A stretch of DNA of 63,958 nucleotides, filler included, from Bigelowiella natans CCMP2755 (taxonomy: Eukaryota; Protista; Cercozoa), in assembly GCA_000320545.1 (NCBI GenBank). It is 7 parts of 7 records of this genome, joined end to end, with 100 filler letters (N's around TTAATTAATTAA, not from the genome) between each part and the next. Parts side by side here need not be neighbours in the genome. Positions count along the whole stretch, not along the records: positions 1 to 21,438 come from ADNK01002049.1; 6 more parts are not named here. One strand, 5' to 3'. The notes below the pieces were generated by a model that made no database searches, was not told where the DNA came from, and saw only the letters and a program-made list of their open reading frames with translations. Position 1 is the stretch's first letter; the number at the start of each line of letters is the position of its first letter. The position numbers and the translations under genes were made by a program. Positions 1 to 11,338 of this stretch are shown here, piece by piece.

Positions 1-312
1 GGGGGGGGGGGTAGAATAGGAAAATGGAGGCGCCGAAAGCACTTAAACATAGATTTAGCGTCCCTTTCCTTGAGTTGATCATCATATTGTTATCATCACT
101 ATCATCGTTGCTACCATTCCCTTCTCCACCACTATCTCATTACTGAAATTTGTTTTTTTTGTTTCCCTCCCCCCCCCCCCCCCCCAAATCTGCAGTGGTC
201 AGAAAGCAAAAAAAAAACGAACAACCTCCCCCTCTATTTTTCCCTTTATTCAAAAAAAAAAAAATCCATATCACAAGAAGGTCATCTAACGGTGCCATGT
301 GTGCGTGCTCAG

Positions 313-709
313 ATCGACGCGTGGGTTCAGATCGCCTGCCCGCGTCTCTCCATCGACTGGGTAGTAGCGACAGTGAAAAATATAGATCTTTTCGAAATAA
401 CCGATATCCCTCAGAGCGAAGAGATGAAGATGCCCCCTGTATTTCCCACGGCGTTCGCAAAATCCACAACACGAAGCAACGTCTATATTTAAGGATGTTG
501 CGCCCTGATCGATCGTCACTATGGATTTGTAGGGCAGCGAGTACACTCAAAAACCTCTGCTGACGCCGTACGAGGCATTCGTGGCCTTGAACGCTACAGC
601 AGCGGAAGAGTCCACGGAAACGGCCTCGATTCCCATGGATTTCTATGCGCGCCGCGGCGGCGAATGGTCCAACTACTATCGCCGGCTGAGGGGGGGGGGG
701 GCGCAGTAG
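313..709 (+). CDS. DPH1: Diphthamide biosynthesis protein 1, last two exons (313-360, 533-709); 5' part lies outside the window
   Basis: Spliced translation IDAWVQIACPRLSIDW|GSEYTQKPLLTPYEAFVALN...IPMDFYARRGGEWSNYY matches the conserved DPH1 C-terminus (ACPRLSIDWG, KPLLTPYE, YPMDFYA). GT-AG intron at 361-532; TAG at 707-709. Confidence 0.92.
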
Positions 710-785
710 GAGGAGGAAGAAGAGAGAGCAGAAACAGAGGTAGAACTTAAGCCAATCTCTCACTAGATTATGTAGGCGGCATTCA

Positions 786-1503
786 TGCAAGTTCTTCGTG
801 AAGGAGAAAGTGCTGACGAGGCCATCGATTTAACATACAGACAGTAGTGTAGTGGCCTGCTTTGCTCTGCTGCTAATTGCTGCGCTGCGATAAGGAAAGC
901 ACCCACAGAATTCGGGCAAAATAGCGCCGCCACCCCCACCACCTCCCCCGCCCCCCATTCAAATGCACTCGTGATAATGCAAATATTGTTTTATATGCTC
1001 CTCATTTGGAAGGGAGAAAGCCGAACTGCAGGATGATGATGAGGAGGAGGAGGAGGAGGACAACGAAAACGACGGCGATTACCAAGATGAGGGACGAGAT
1101 TATGATGGCAACAAAGACGATGACGATGATGGTGATGATCGTTCCGTTTCCGCCACCGCTGCTGCCCTTGCCTGCGCCACCATCACTGAAATCGAGAAGA
1201 ACAAGAAAAGCAAGCACGGGGAAAGACGGAGGAAGGAATGTATCAGTGAGGAGGAATGGCGAGAGGAGAACGAGGCAGATCCGAAGAGCTCCAAGAAGCA
1301 GCTTCTGCACGTATGACTGCAGCTACCTTCGCCGCACGCAACCTGAATTTTCCAAATGTACTGTTGATTTTCATGCTGTTTTGCAAGGCCGAGAGCGTTG
1401 TAGCCATGCCAACTGCCAGACCTTGAGAGCTGCGAGAGAACTCACAAGTGATTATGCTTCAATGTTCCCAGAATTATGATACGAACGTGGAGAGATCGTT
1501 CTC

Positions 1504-1547
<44 letters not shown>

Positions 1548-1567
1548 GTGTGTGTTGTGGTTGTGTG

Positions 1568-1604
<37 letters not shown>

Positions 1605-3106
1605 GGGGGGGGGGTTCAGGAGCAGTCCGTTGAGTACGACCGAATAACAGGGGTCCCAGCGGAATACAATGAACATCTTCCCCGCGACTCCCCTGAGTTT
1701 AGGAGGTGGAGCGAGACGCAGCCCAAAAAGGCAGGATCACAACACTGCATAAAATGCTATTTAGAATGAAACTTGGAAGTCTAGTCGCCACCACCTGGTC
1801 GATGAGGACCTTCTTCGTTGCTCTTTCTATCTGTTACTCCGCACGAAATTCTCTCTGTGCCACGAAGAACACTCCCTACGTGAAACATCCTTGAAGTTTC
1901 CAGTAGATTCTGATTGATTCCGCAGCAGCTAACCATTCGTTGTTGGGCCGCAGGACGTCTCGCCCGCCGCTCATTCTTCCCGCTCCACCTCGTCGTCGAA
2001 AGAGGTCCTCGTTAGAATCGGCACGAGAGCGTTCAAGAAACCGGTGAGGAGTCGTGCTTGCAGAACCCCCTTTCTGTCCTCATTCACAATGGCGCATGTA
2101 TGTTTTCCCCTGCGATTGAATGACATTCATTCGCTACCACTACCATTACTACTACTAGTACTACTACTATTTCTGTACATACCACTACCACAAACAACGC
2201 GTCGCGTAATAATCGTTGGTGTGGAAGGGGACCCTGGTCATTGGCCTCGACAGCTACGGCATCGAGCTCTCAGACGCCAAGAAGAAATTTGCTAAGAAGG
2301 TTGCTGAGCGAGGAGTAGACGTGACAGGCCGTGCGCCATAGCGGAGGAGAATAAAGGGGAGGAGAAAGAAATCTAAATACATCCCATTTTTGAGTTGTTT
2401 TGGTTTGGAAAAAAAAGGCTAACCATAAGAGAACGACAGGCCTGAAACGTAGTGAATGAACTATGAATTGATATCTACAAAGCTTTCTCATCCTCCTCCT
2501 TCTCCTTCTGACTTACGCCATGCGACATAAACCATTAAAGTTCGCTTGCGCGTGCTCGGTCGGAAAGAGCTGCAAGGAGACAAACAAACCACACGTTTTC
2601 ATCCAAGGAAACAAGCTCTACGATGTACGTGTTGACGACGATATGATGATGAAGATGATGATGATGATGATAGTGATGATAGTGATAGTGGTACGACGAA
2701 AACGATCCCGGTGATAGTGAGAACACCATTCTTAATGTTACAAATCACGAGAAAACGATAGCAGAGAGAGGCGTGCTGCAGATACCAAGCATCACAACAC
2801 ACGCATGCCCATGCACACACAGAACACACAACACATATTCCACACTCACGACTATTCGTCCGAGCATGTCAGTACCGCTACTAGCATATTGGCATCGACC
2901 TTATCTTTATAACCAATTATCATCAGCACATCAGCACATCAGCACATCGCCACCACATAATGATAACGCCATTCGTCTTACCGACATAGTTGCCTGGTCT
3001 TCTAGTGGAACTCTACGGCAGTACGAATGGGATCACGCGAGCGGCTATCAAGGAGCTTCAAAAGGACGGGAAAAAACGAGCCATTCCGGACATATATGCT
3101 GATTAA
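786..3106 (+). CDS. DENR: Density-regulated protein / Tma22 (SUI1-domain translation reinitiation factor), multi-exon; start uncertain
   Basis: Exons translate to an acidic N-terminus (about 1016-1310), VEYDRITGVPAEYNEHLPRDSPEFRRW, KEVLVRIGTRAFKKP, TLVIGLDSYGIELSDAKKKFAKK, FACACSVGK...VFIQGNKLYD and a last exon ending TAA at 3106. KKFAKKFACxCSV and IQG are DENR SUI1 signatures. Confidence 0.8.
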
Positions 3107-4215
3107 TGAAACAGGAACATTTGTGCCTATCTAGCTATGTAGCTAGAAAGTGTGTCTGTCTGCTCCTCACACATTCAACGTAACGAAGGATACATCTCCA
3201 TCTCGCGCGCGCGCGCATCTGTCTGGTGCATGGTGTGCAAAGATGTGTGGCATACCCAGATGTACCATACATAATGCAAGGACAGATTCGAAGGCCAATG
3301 TTTTGCTTCCCAACTCCTGTCTGATGTGTGCTAGATGTCACAACATGTCGCCAGAAAGGGAAGCTTTGTTTGGTGGTGATACCATGCGCAAGATGGATGG
3401 AGTGAATATGCAGGAGACATGATCAAGGTGACACATGCTGTCCCACTGGCCGACAGCAAAAAAAGGTTGCTCGCTTGCATTTCACATGAAAACGCTCGTT
3501 ATGTGCTAGCATGCGCACGTGAATGCCATGCATGCCCCCCCTTTCTAGTCTTCAGCAGTGCTAGAGTGTGCTGCAGTGCACCGCCAGGCACGCACATGGT
3601 TTTGGGGGGAAATTGCCCAGCCTGCTACAGCCCACCGCTGCTGCACTTGCACACACGTGTCATCAAATCACTCGTCAGTGGAGCACGATTGTTGTGCAAT
3701 CTGTGGCGCATGATGCACACAACACACACGCGCTTAGTGTGCCTATGCGCCCCCGTAGCAGTGAAGTCAGTCTGACTGGGTGGGAACACTCGGCTTCAAC
3801 CATCACTTCAAGGCGAGTGGTCATTTGGACTTGCATGCGCTTTGGAGAAGACAAGAAGAAGAAGAAGAAGAAGCGTTTGCACAAGGCGAAAAAGTGTTAA
3901 CGCATCACGGAGTGCGCTGATCAGCGCGCTTGTCAACGAAAGGATCATTGAATTGGACGTGAAAGGACAAAGAAAAAAACGCAGTGTCCCGCACAAGGCA
4001 GAATTGAAACTGCATCATTGAACACTCTGATGAGGCGTTTCAAACAATGTTCAAGCTGATGGTGTAATATTGGCCGTCTTGCATCACACAAATAGAACGT
4101 GAGAATTTGATTGCAGCATTCAAAGCTCAACACAAAAGAGAAAAGCATAGTGTACATTGTCATTAAAGTAGATCATTAATGGTGTGAGCAGAGTTGTTCT
4201 GAAGTCAGGCCGGCA

Positions 4216-5023
4216 TCAGATTAGGGCTTTTATCTTTGCTATTTTGGATTTGTATTCGTCATCGCTTATCTCGTTAACCTCTTTCAGTTTCATAACAGCC
4301 TCGATTTTAGCCACGAGACTGTGACTAGATTTCGACGAAATGCTAACCTCGCGTGGAAGCTGCTGTTGGCTAAAAGGTTTGCCCAATCTTGCAGAAGGTG
4401 ATGCCTGCGGTGACCCCGGAGGACTTGCAACTGGGTAACTTACGGGATGTGGTGGTGACAAAGGAGAACTATCTCCTTTTTTAGACTGCCTCAGAGTAGC
4501 ACGCCGTTTGCAATGACAACTTGGTTGGTAATTATAGTCACCTCCACGAACTACTTGCCCATTCGCTCCCGGTTTATTCGCTTCTGGCTTGCCGTAGAGG
4601 CGATGCATCATTTTTACAAATAGGATTCCCTTTTGCGTAAGTTTAAATATCTCGCAACGACCTCCGACTTTTTTCTCTAGAAGACCATGCTTGATAAGGG
4701 TTTTTTTGGAGCTCCAGGCTCCAATAATCGTATTGTAGTTCTTTTTTATCCAGACGTGATTCTTGTTCGGTGGAATCAAAGTTTCCATTGGATGGTCACA
4801 GTAACGCTGTGCCAACATCTAAGAACACCAAAGTACATAATGATAATGAATGAGATGTATCAAAAAGCTGAAGAGCAAATATGAATATCAGGCGACAATC
4901 TATATCTAGAATGTAGTCTTGGCCAATACAGGAGACCATCTTTGTGTCTAATATAATTTTTGTTTCCTCATCTAGCGCTTTAGTTCAATGTCTTACATCC
5001 TTCATTATCATCATGTTCTTTTT

Positions 5024-5064
<41 letters not shown>

Positions 5065-5479
5065 GTCTCTGTCTGTCTTTTGTCACACATGTCGCTAATG
5101 TTTAAATTATTTCAGCCGACAACAATATGCGACTATGTTTGTAGTAAGTAAATATTTCCCCCAACCTTAATCTCATAGCTCCGTTCCCATTCGACATTCT
5201 TCTCCAGCAGCCAAGCCATTGCTGTAAGGATAGCCTCGGGCCCACTTCTTCTCTTCAATTTCAGTAAGTAGCCTCGGAATGTGTTGCTGAAATCACACTT
5301 CAGAATTCCAGGGTATTTATCCGGAAGGATCTCTTCCTCGTTGAGAAGAACGCGCTTCATGGTCTTAAGAACGGTTGATTCGATCCCATCGGGAGCATTA
5401 CACACCTAGCAGGTATATATATTTTAAAGATTCTATATTTTGCAATATTAATGATAAAATTTTGACATCGGTTGACGCA

Positions 5480-5522
<43 letters not shown>

Positions 5523-6870
5523 GTTGGTCAACTGTCTTTACTGTGATTCTCCCCTTCTTGTGTTCTTTAAGTCTTTTGTATGCATTCCATAACGCCGAAT
5601 GACGGTTGCCTCCATGATAAAGAGCGAAGAGAAGACGATGCTAGAATATATCGAAGATCAAAGCTCGATGTGAAAATACACGTTGCTGAATAGTGAAGAG
5701 GTTGTTTGTGATATTATTCCTGAAATAAAAATTCATGTACTTCTATAGATAACGCATTAATATTCGAAGAAATTTCTACCTTAATTGCGTCTGTAAGTTC
5801 ACTTTTGCTCCGTTGCTTCTTTGACGACTTTCGTCCAATCTAATAGTATAAGCAAAATCATCAAAATTACAAGATGTGGTGAGGAGGATAACTTGTAACT
5901 TTGTTTCTATGGCTCTCGTTACCTTTTGCATTTTTCTTAAACGCTTCATACGTTGAGTGATAGCCTGCCATTCAGATGTGCAACATTTATGAGCAACTTC
6001 AGAAGTAGCCTGTTTCTTTGTGGAAGTAGTAGCCCATTTGCTGTAACTTGATTTCGAAGGAGGAGAATGAACGGATTTGAGCCCCGACACACATTTACTG
6101 CTTTTCACATCCTCTTCGTCGTCACTTGAGATAAGCGAGACTACTTCTTGAAATGCAGCATCTACTTTCTGCACATGCGTCGTTTTTGCTTTTGTCGTTC
6201 TCGGCTTTATTGAGCGTAGGGAGCTCAGAATATCTACTTGCTTCATCCTTTTTCTTTTACATCCTATGCTTGCCCCAATCACTTTCTTTAGGCTTGTATC
6301 TTTCGTTGCTTCTTTCAACTTCATGTTGAGTCGATTTCGGTCACCCATTTCTCGCTGGTATGGAATGATTTTGGAATGTGTAACTCGCGCTGAGAAGAGG
6401 GTCTCGCATAAGGTTTGCGCTTCATCATTGAGCGACACAAAATATACCATGTCGTAGCTTTAAAATTCCAGGAGTTGACTCGTCTTATATCCGAAGAAGG
6501 ATGAAGAAAAATACATTCTGCACACAATTCTGCAGAGATCTGCAGAGATCTGCAGACGCGCACATTTTCAACAACGGGATTGATTTCAAACCTACGACAA
6601 AGAAATTGAGGCATTAAACATTGGCTGTGGCAGATACGAGTACGGCACTACAAATAGAGATTTCGGTATGAGGTTTGTGGGGAGGAAAATGCATGGAATT
6701 CCTGACTGCGACATGCAAAATGATGCTTTTCTGTATTAATTCTGCCTTTCTGCGTGCAGAATTCCACTTTTCTGTGCAGTCGGCATCATTGACGATGGAG
6801 AAAGAAAAACTAGCACAGACCCGCTGAGCAAATGTAGGGCGTTTTTGGCGGAAATGGGCAATCATGTAAT
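4216..6870 (-). CDS. Multi-exon protein with Mus81-type winged-helix domain(s), partial GRF-like Cys motif and SHOCT-like C-terminus; 5' part possibly disrupted
   Basis: KRRSGPEAILTAM...LAQRYCD...AWSSKKTLIKHGLLEK...FKLTQKG follows the Mus81 winged-helix consensus (RSGxYAIL...AQxYCD...AWSSMKTLI...YxLTxxG). PSCHCKRRATLRQSKKG resembles a GRF finger start. KLKEVNEISDDEYKSKIAKI is SHOCT-like. No ERCC4 nuclease motif seen. Confidence 0.6.
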
Positions 6871-6899
6871 GCTTTAGAAGAAATGGGAGATGGACTAAA

Positions 6900-7694
6900 A
6901 TGGACAGTGGCAACTTGCAGGATAGCGCAAGAACTTGGAGAAATCAGACGTCCATCACGATCCAACATTTCAAAACACAACAACAACTTCCAGTCACTGT
7001 AATCATGGCTACAATTCAGCAGCAAGAGAACAAGACCACGGCAGGCGCCGCCAGCGTCCATGACGACTCTCTCAATTTAATCAATGTTCAATATTTAATC
7101 TTCAGCAACGTCAGTACGCAGAACGACGAGCCAATACTATTCGGCATCGAAGACACAGTTGGGCTAGACCCGATAACCGGTCATGAGAATACACGTGAAG
7201 ATGTAAATTCAATACAACCAATGGAATCTGGGCCTTCACACCAGCCGGATGATCTCTGCGAAGAGGATCGATGTATGGCATCTGATGATGCGAAATTGAA
7301 TACCTCCTCCTCCCGTCAACTTGGACCATCGACCACATCCCATTCACTTGATCCTAATGGATCTCAAGGGCTCAGTATCCTCCCCATTCCGAATCCTCGT
7401 TATATGAATCAGAACCAGACCCTAGGGCAGATTTCACTGCAGGATTCCAAGTGCTCTAGACAAAGAGCGAGAACAAGCTGCATGATATGTGTAGCGAGAA
7501 GAGTAAAATGCGAAGGAGGATTTCCATGTAATTCTTGCAAGTTTCACAAAATTGAAAAGTATTGCGAATTATGCCCAATGGGGGGAAAGGCTGAGGCACA
7601 AAGACTATATGATTATTTACAAAAACAACACTGCTCCAGATCTTCTTGCTGTAATAAAATGCGATTCCACGGTGGAAAGTGCAAAAAGAAATAG
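6900..7694 (+). CDS. Zn(II)2Cys6 (fungal-type) DNA-binding protein with an extra C-terminal Cys/His motif
   Basis: RARTSCMICVARRVKCEGGFPCNSCKFHKIEKYC fits the CxxC-x6-C-x5-CxxC-x8-C binuclear cluster. C-terminal CSRSSCCNKMRFHGGKCKK. A small intron near the 5' end is possible. Confidence 0.85.
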   Translation: MDSGNLQDSARTWRNQTSITIQHFKTQQQLPVTVIMATIQQQENKTTAGAASVHDDSLNLINVQYLIFSNVSTQNDEPILFGIEDTVGLDPITGHENTREDVNSIQPMESGPSHQPDDLCEEDRCMASDDAKLNTSSSRQLGPSTTSHSLDPNGSQGLSILPIPNPRYMNQNQTLGQISLQDSKCSRQRARTSCMICVARRVKCEGGFPCNSCKFHKIEKYCELCPMGGKAEAQRLYDYLQKQHCSRSSCCNKMRFHGGKCKKK

Positions 7695-8162
7695 TCAAAA
7701 AGTTGAGCAATACTTCGTAGTTATTGGTTAGCCGGCTAGTCTTCAATTAAGTCAACACATAAACTTGCGCACAAATTCAGATCAGCACACAAAATAAAGA
7801 ACAAGCCTTATCAGATCATTAGAGCTCATTGCTCTCCCATTTTTGGATGCTTGCAGGTCCAGAGCACATATGCATAGCGACATGCAGCTCGTGTGGCCAT
7901 GTGCAATAATCACATGTAGTTCCCCACATATCAGCACAACAGCCACTACATTCCGATAAGACATGCGGTATCTCGCAATGATCACCACACATGATAGGAC
8001 TCCTTGTGTCTGCTGGTGCATGTCAAGTCGGACAGTTGATGTTCTTTGTACAATAAGTCGCACGAACAACATCTGCATGTGTACTTTTTCGCATGCGCAT
8101 GTAGGAATTTCATCAGCATGCACGTGTGCCAAAATCTTCAAAATGAGAGGTGGCATCCTCGA

Positions 8163-8790
8163 GCCACACAATGGTGAGAGTTCTGCACTGACGCGCTTTG
8201 GTTTGGCGAAAGAAATTGACCGCTTTCATGGCTCTGCAAGCAGCGCATTGGCCGCATGCATGCAATTGCACATCACCCGCTAAGCAGCATGTGAGTGCAT
8301 CGCTTCGGCCTACGCATGCACTGCATTCTGCGCAAAAAGACGTGCACATTGCTCGCCGACCCAGCACGAAGCAATGGTGACATCATGAGGAAAAGGCACA
8401 GCAGAGCAAGGAACGACGAAGGGAAAAGGAAACACCGGCTTTGAAAATCAAAGAGAAACTTGATGCAAGCACGGTGGTGTGTGCACGTCAACTCCAGCCA
8501 GCTCATTGCTAGATTGGTTGTTTTCAAGGTTGAAGAGTCAAGACTCGTCTAGTCATATCCATTTTGAAGTTCCATATCGGAGTGTGCTCACTCGTGAACG
8601 AGTGTGAGCCATGCCGCCATGATGGCGTAGCGGTGAGAGAAATTAAATTGCACATTGTGACGATGCACAACCTCAAAGCATTCACCAGTTCTCGCCATGA
8701 AAGAGCTAATCATTGGCAAGGCAGTGTCAAAATGAGTTCCTCTTCATTCTTCCGCAAAATCCAAGGCTTCATTCAGTGAATTTCCCGGAT
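8163..8790 (+). repeat. Left arm of a ~630 bp inverted repeat (partner 12365-13007)
   Basis: gccacacaatggtgagag...attcagtgaatttcccggat is the reverse complement of 12365-13007, with scattered substitutions and small indels. Paired ORFs 8564-8779(+) and 12376-12585(-) give near-identical peptides. Confidence 0.95.
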
Positions 8791-8847
8791 AGATTATCCT
8801 AAAAATAATTCAAATTCTCAGCACATATACTATCAACATCAATCGAA

Positions 8848-10058
8848 TTACTTCTTTGAGGGCTTGCCGTAGTTCTCCTGATTAATGTCAATTAATTTAG
8901 CCGTGCATCCCACACATATTGTAACAAAATGTTACCATCTCCACTTCCCGTGTAGTGAATTCATTAGTGTGTTCTGCATCTTCACTCCGTTCAGCACACA
9001 TCGCTGATGCATTGACATCTTCAGTCTTGGAGCTATCCATGAGTTCAGGGTTTTTGTAGACATGATTCATAAAATGCCTGTACTGAGAACCAAGATCTTT
9101 CGGGCATTTTTTTTCAAATGATTTGAAATACGTCGTGTTCCTCTTCTTGAACTCATCATCCTGTTTCCAAATCTCATATAGATCCCGATAATACTTTTTC
9201 ACAACTTTGCTATGGAAAAGAATATGCGTTCTCGTACTCTCCACATTCTTGACCTCACTAGCAGCCTCCTTCTGTATGTCCTTATAGAACTTATGCCTCA
9301 CTACTATGATCTTTTCCTTAATTGCTTTTTCGAACCTCCTACGGTGCGGTTTTTTCGGGAAGTATTTCTCAATTTCCTCACTTTCCTGAGATGTTATAAC
9401 AATAGGAAGGATGCTAAATATTATATCCAGAACTACCCTACATACTCAGACCATAAATATCACCATGTCGCTCAAGTCCTCCAGGTATTCGTAACCACCA
9501 TCACGCAACGTTTTGACGTATTCAGAGAGACATGCTTCTTTGAGAAACTGTTCAAATTCCTCATTTTCCTGCCCCTTGCTTTTCTCATCTTGCTTATGCC
9601 CCACTACTATGATCTTTTCCTTAATTGCTTTTTCGAACCTCCTACGGTGCGGTGTTTTCGGGAAGTATTTCTCAATTTCCTCACTTTCCTGAGATGTTAT
9701 AACAATAGGAAGGATGCTAAATATTATATCCAGAACTACCCTACATACTCAGACCATAAATATCACCATGTCGCTCAAGTCCTCCAGGTATTCGTAACCA
9801 CCATCACGCAACGTTTTGACGTATTCAGAGAGACATGCTTCTTTGAGAAACTGTTCAAATTCCTCATTTTCCTGCCCCTTGCTTTTCTCATCTTGCTTTG
9901 ATAATCCGGATTTCATCTGTAAAAGAGCAGCACATTTGTGATTCTGATTAGTTGCAATTTTTGAAAGTAACGTTCGAAATAATGACCTTCTTGCTAGAAC
10001 TGGGAGGATCTTCAACCATAGGTGATTTCGCTCTCTTTAGACCAGACTTCGGCGGCAT
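8848..10058 (-). CDS. Protein with two tandem SAM (sterile alpha motif) domains, multi-exon
   Basis: Spliced across a 78-nt intron (9386-9463 and its copy): FEQFLKEACLSEYVKTLRDGGYEYLEDLSDM|ESEEIEKYFPKKPHRRRFEKAIKE is a SAM pattern, present twice. Start MPPKSGLKR at 10058; last exon ENYGKPSKK*. Confidence 0.75.
9290..9898. repeat. Near-perfect tandem duplication, 303-bp period (SAM exons plus intron)
   Basis: cttatgcc(t/c)cactactatgatc... starts at 9290 and 9593; the copies differ at very few positions. Confidence 0.95.
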
Positions 10059-10201
10059 TGACTTTGTTGCAAGCACGACCTCCTTTTTAGAATGCTGCTT
10101 GGATGAATAAAATATTAAAATGAGCACACTTTTTCCGTTTGTCAAATAACACAAAGAACTAGTTCAATTTGAAAAGCACCACATTTCCTTTCATGTGCAC
10201 C

Positions 10202-11169
10202 CTAAGTTCCCTCCTCTTGACCATAATCTAGAGGCCAGTTTAATACGATGCGGTGTACCTTCTTAATGTTATTACTGCTCTGAGACTCTTTATTTGTGGT
10301 TGTTGGTTGCTCAATATCCGTATGTTCCTCTTTAACTGGCTCTTGCAACTCTGTGGACGATGGATCATTTAGCACGCCAAAGCACTCTTCAATCTGGAAC
10401 CAAAGATGCCAAGTCAAACATTGTTCGCTAAGAGATACTTGAATCAATGTACCTTCACTAGCTCGATATCAGGGAGGCTATCATGTCTGTAGGGCAACTT
10501 TTTTCGGATGGTTTTGAGCTTTCTCAGAATCTCTTCAGAAGCAGGGATCATATATGAAACCTAAGTGCACTACATGAGGCTTTTGGCTGGTTCTAAGCGC
10601 AATTTGACAAGTATCACTTCACTACAAACCTGCGATGATGTTTGAACGTCATAGATGATCTGCAAATCTTCCACGGGTTCTCCTTCGAATCGCAACTGGA
10701 GCATCGGGTGAGCCTCCTCGTCATGTATCCATTTTTCAAATGTCTCCCGACTCGTCTGTGCCTCCAGTTTGAAATGCTCGTGAATCATGATACATCCTTC
10801 GCTCACGTAGGGCGTTTGGTGTTTTATCACTCCATTTGGAGGCTGCGTTTTGTTCCATTTCTCAAAAACACTTTCAAGAACATGATAAGCATTCCTCGGA
10901 TTGTATTTCGCCTGAGGATTATCAAAACAGTATTACGAGGACACCCGAGCCGTGCAATATGTTAGCCTAACCTTTGATAATTTCAGCGTGACTTCGACCG
11001 TATTGTTCTCGATGCACCCTTCTGGCTCTGGAATTGGAGCGCTTAGGGATCGAAATTGTTGCGGAACCTCTTCAAATAGTATTCTAGCAAAGTTCTTCGC
11101 TGATTCCACGCTTTTAAAACTAAATCTATCACTGCCATCCGACGGCTTAAATGAAAAGCGAATAGCCAT
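10202..11169 (-). CDS. Hypothetical multi-exon protein
   Basis: Successive minus-strand ORF segments (MAIRFSFKPSDG...LKLSK; ...FEKWIHDEEAHPMLQLRFEGEP...; IEECFGVLNDPSSTELQEP...) bounded by GT/AG sites. No recognisable family. Confidence 0.45.
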
Positions 11170-11338
11170 CCCTGTATTGAGTTGTCAACAATATAGTATG
11201 TTTGCGCTAAGTCGAAAGGAAAGCTTATATCTCATAATAGCGATGAAAACTAATTTTCACAAATAGAACACCTCAATGATTAAATGAAAATAGAGCTGAT
11301 GCTCACCTTTCGTAGAACTGCTATGCGTTTCATCTAAA

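Noticed and set aside
4216-5405. Calling this gene MUS81
   Set aside because: Only the winged-helix motif is present; no ERCC4 nuclease or HhH motifs were seen.
9212-9901. 229-aa hydrophobic plus-strand ORF with a duplicated half
   Set aside because: Antisense shadow of the spliced SAM gene, which has a recognisable domain and splice sites.
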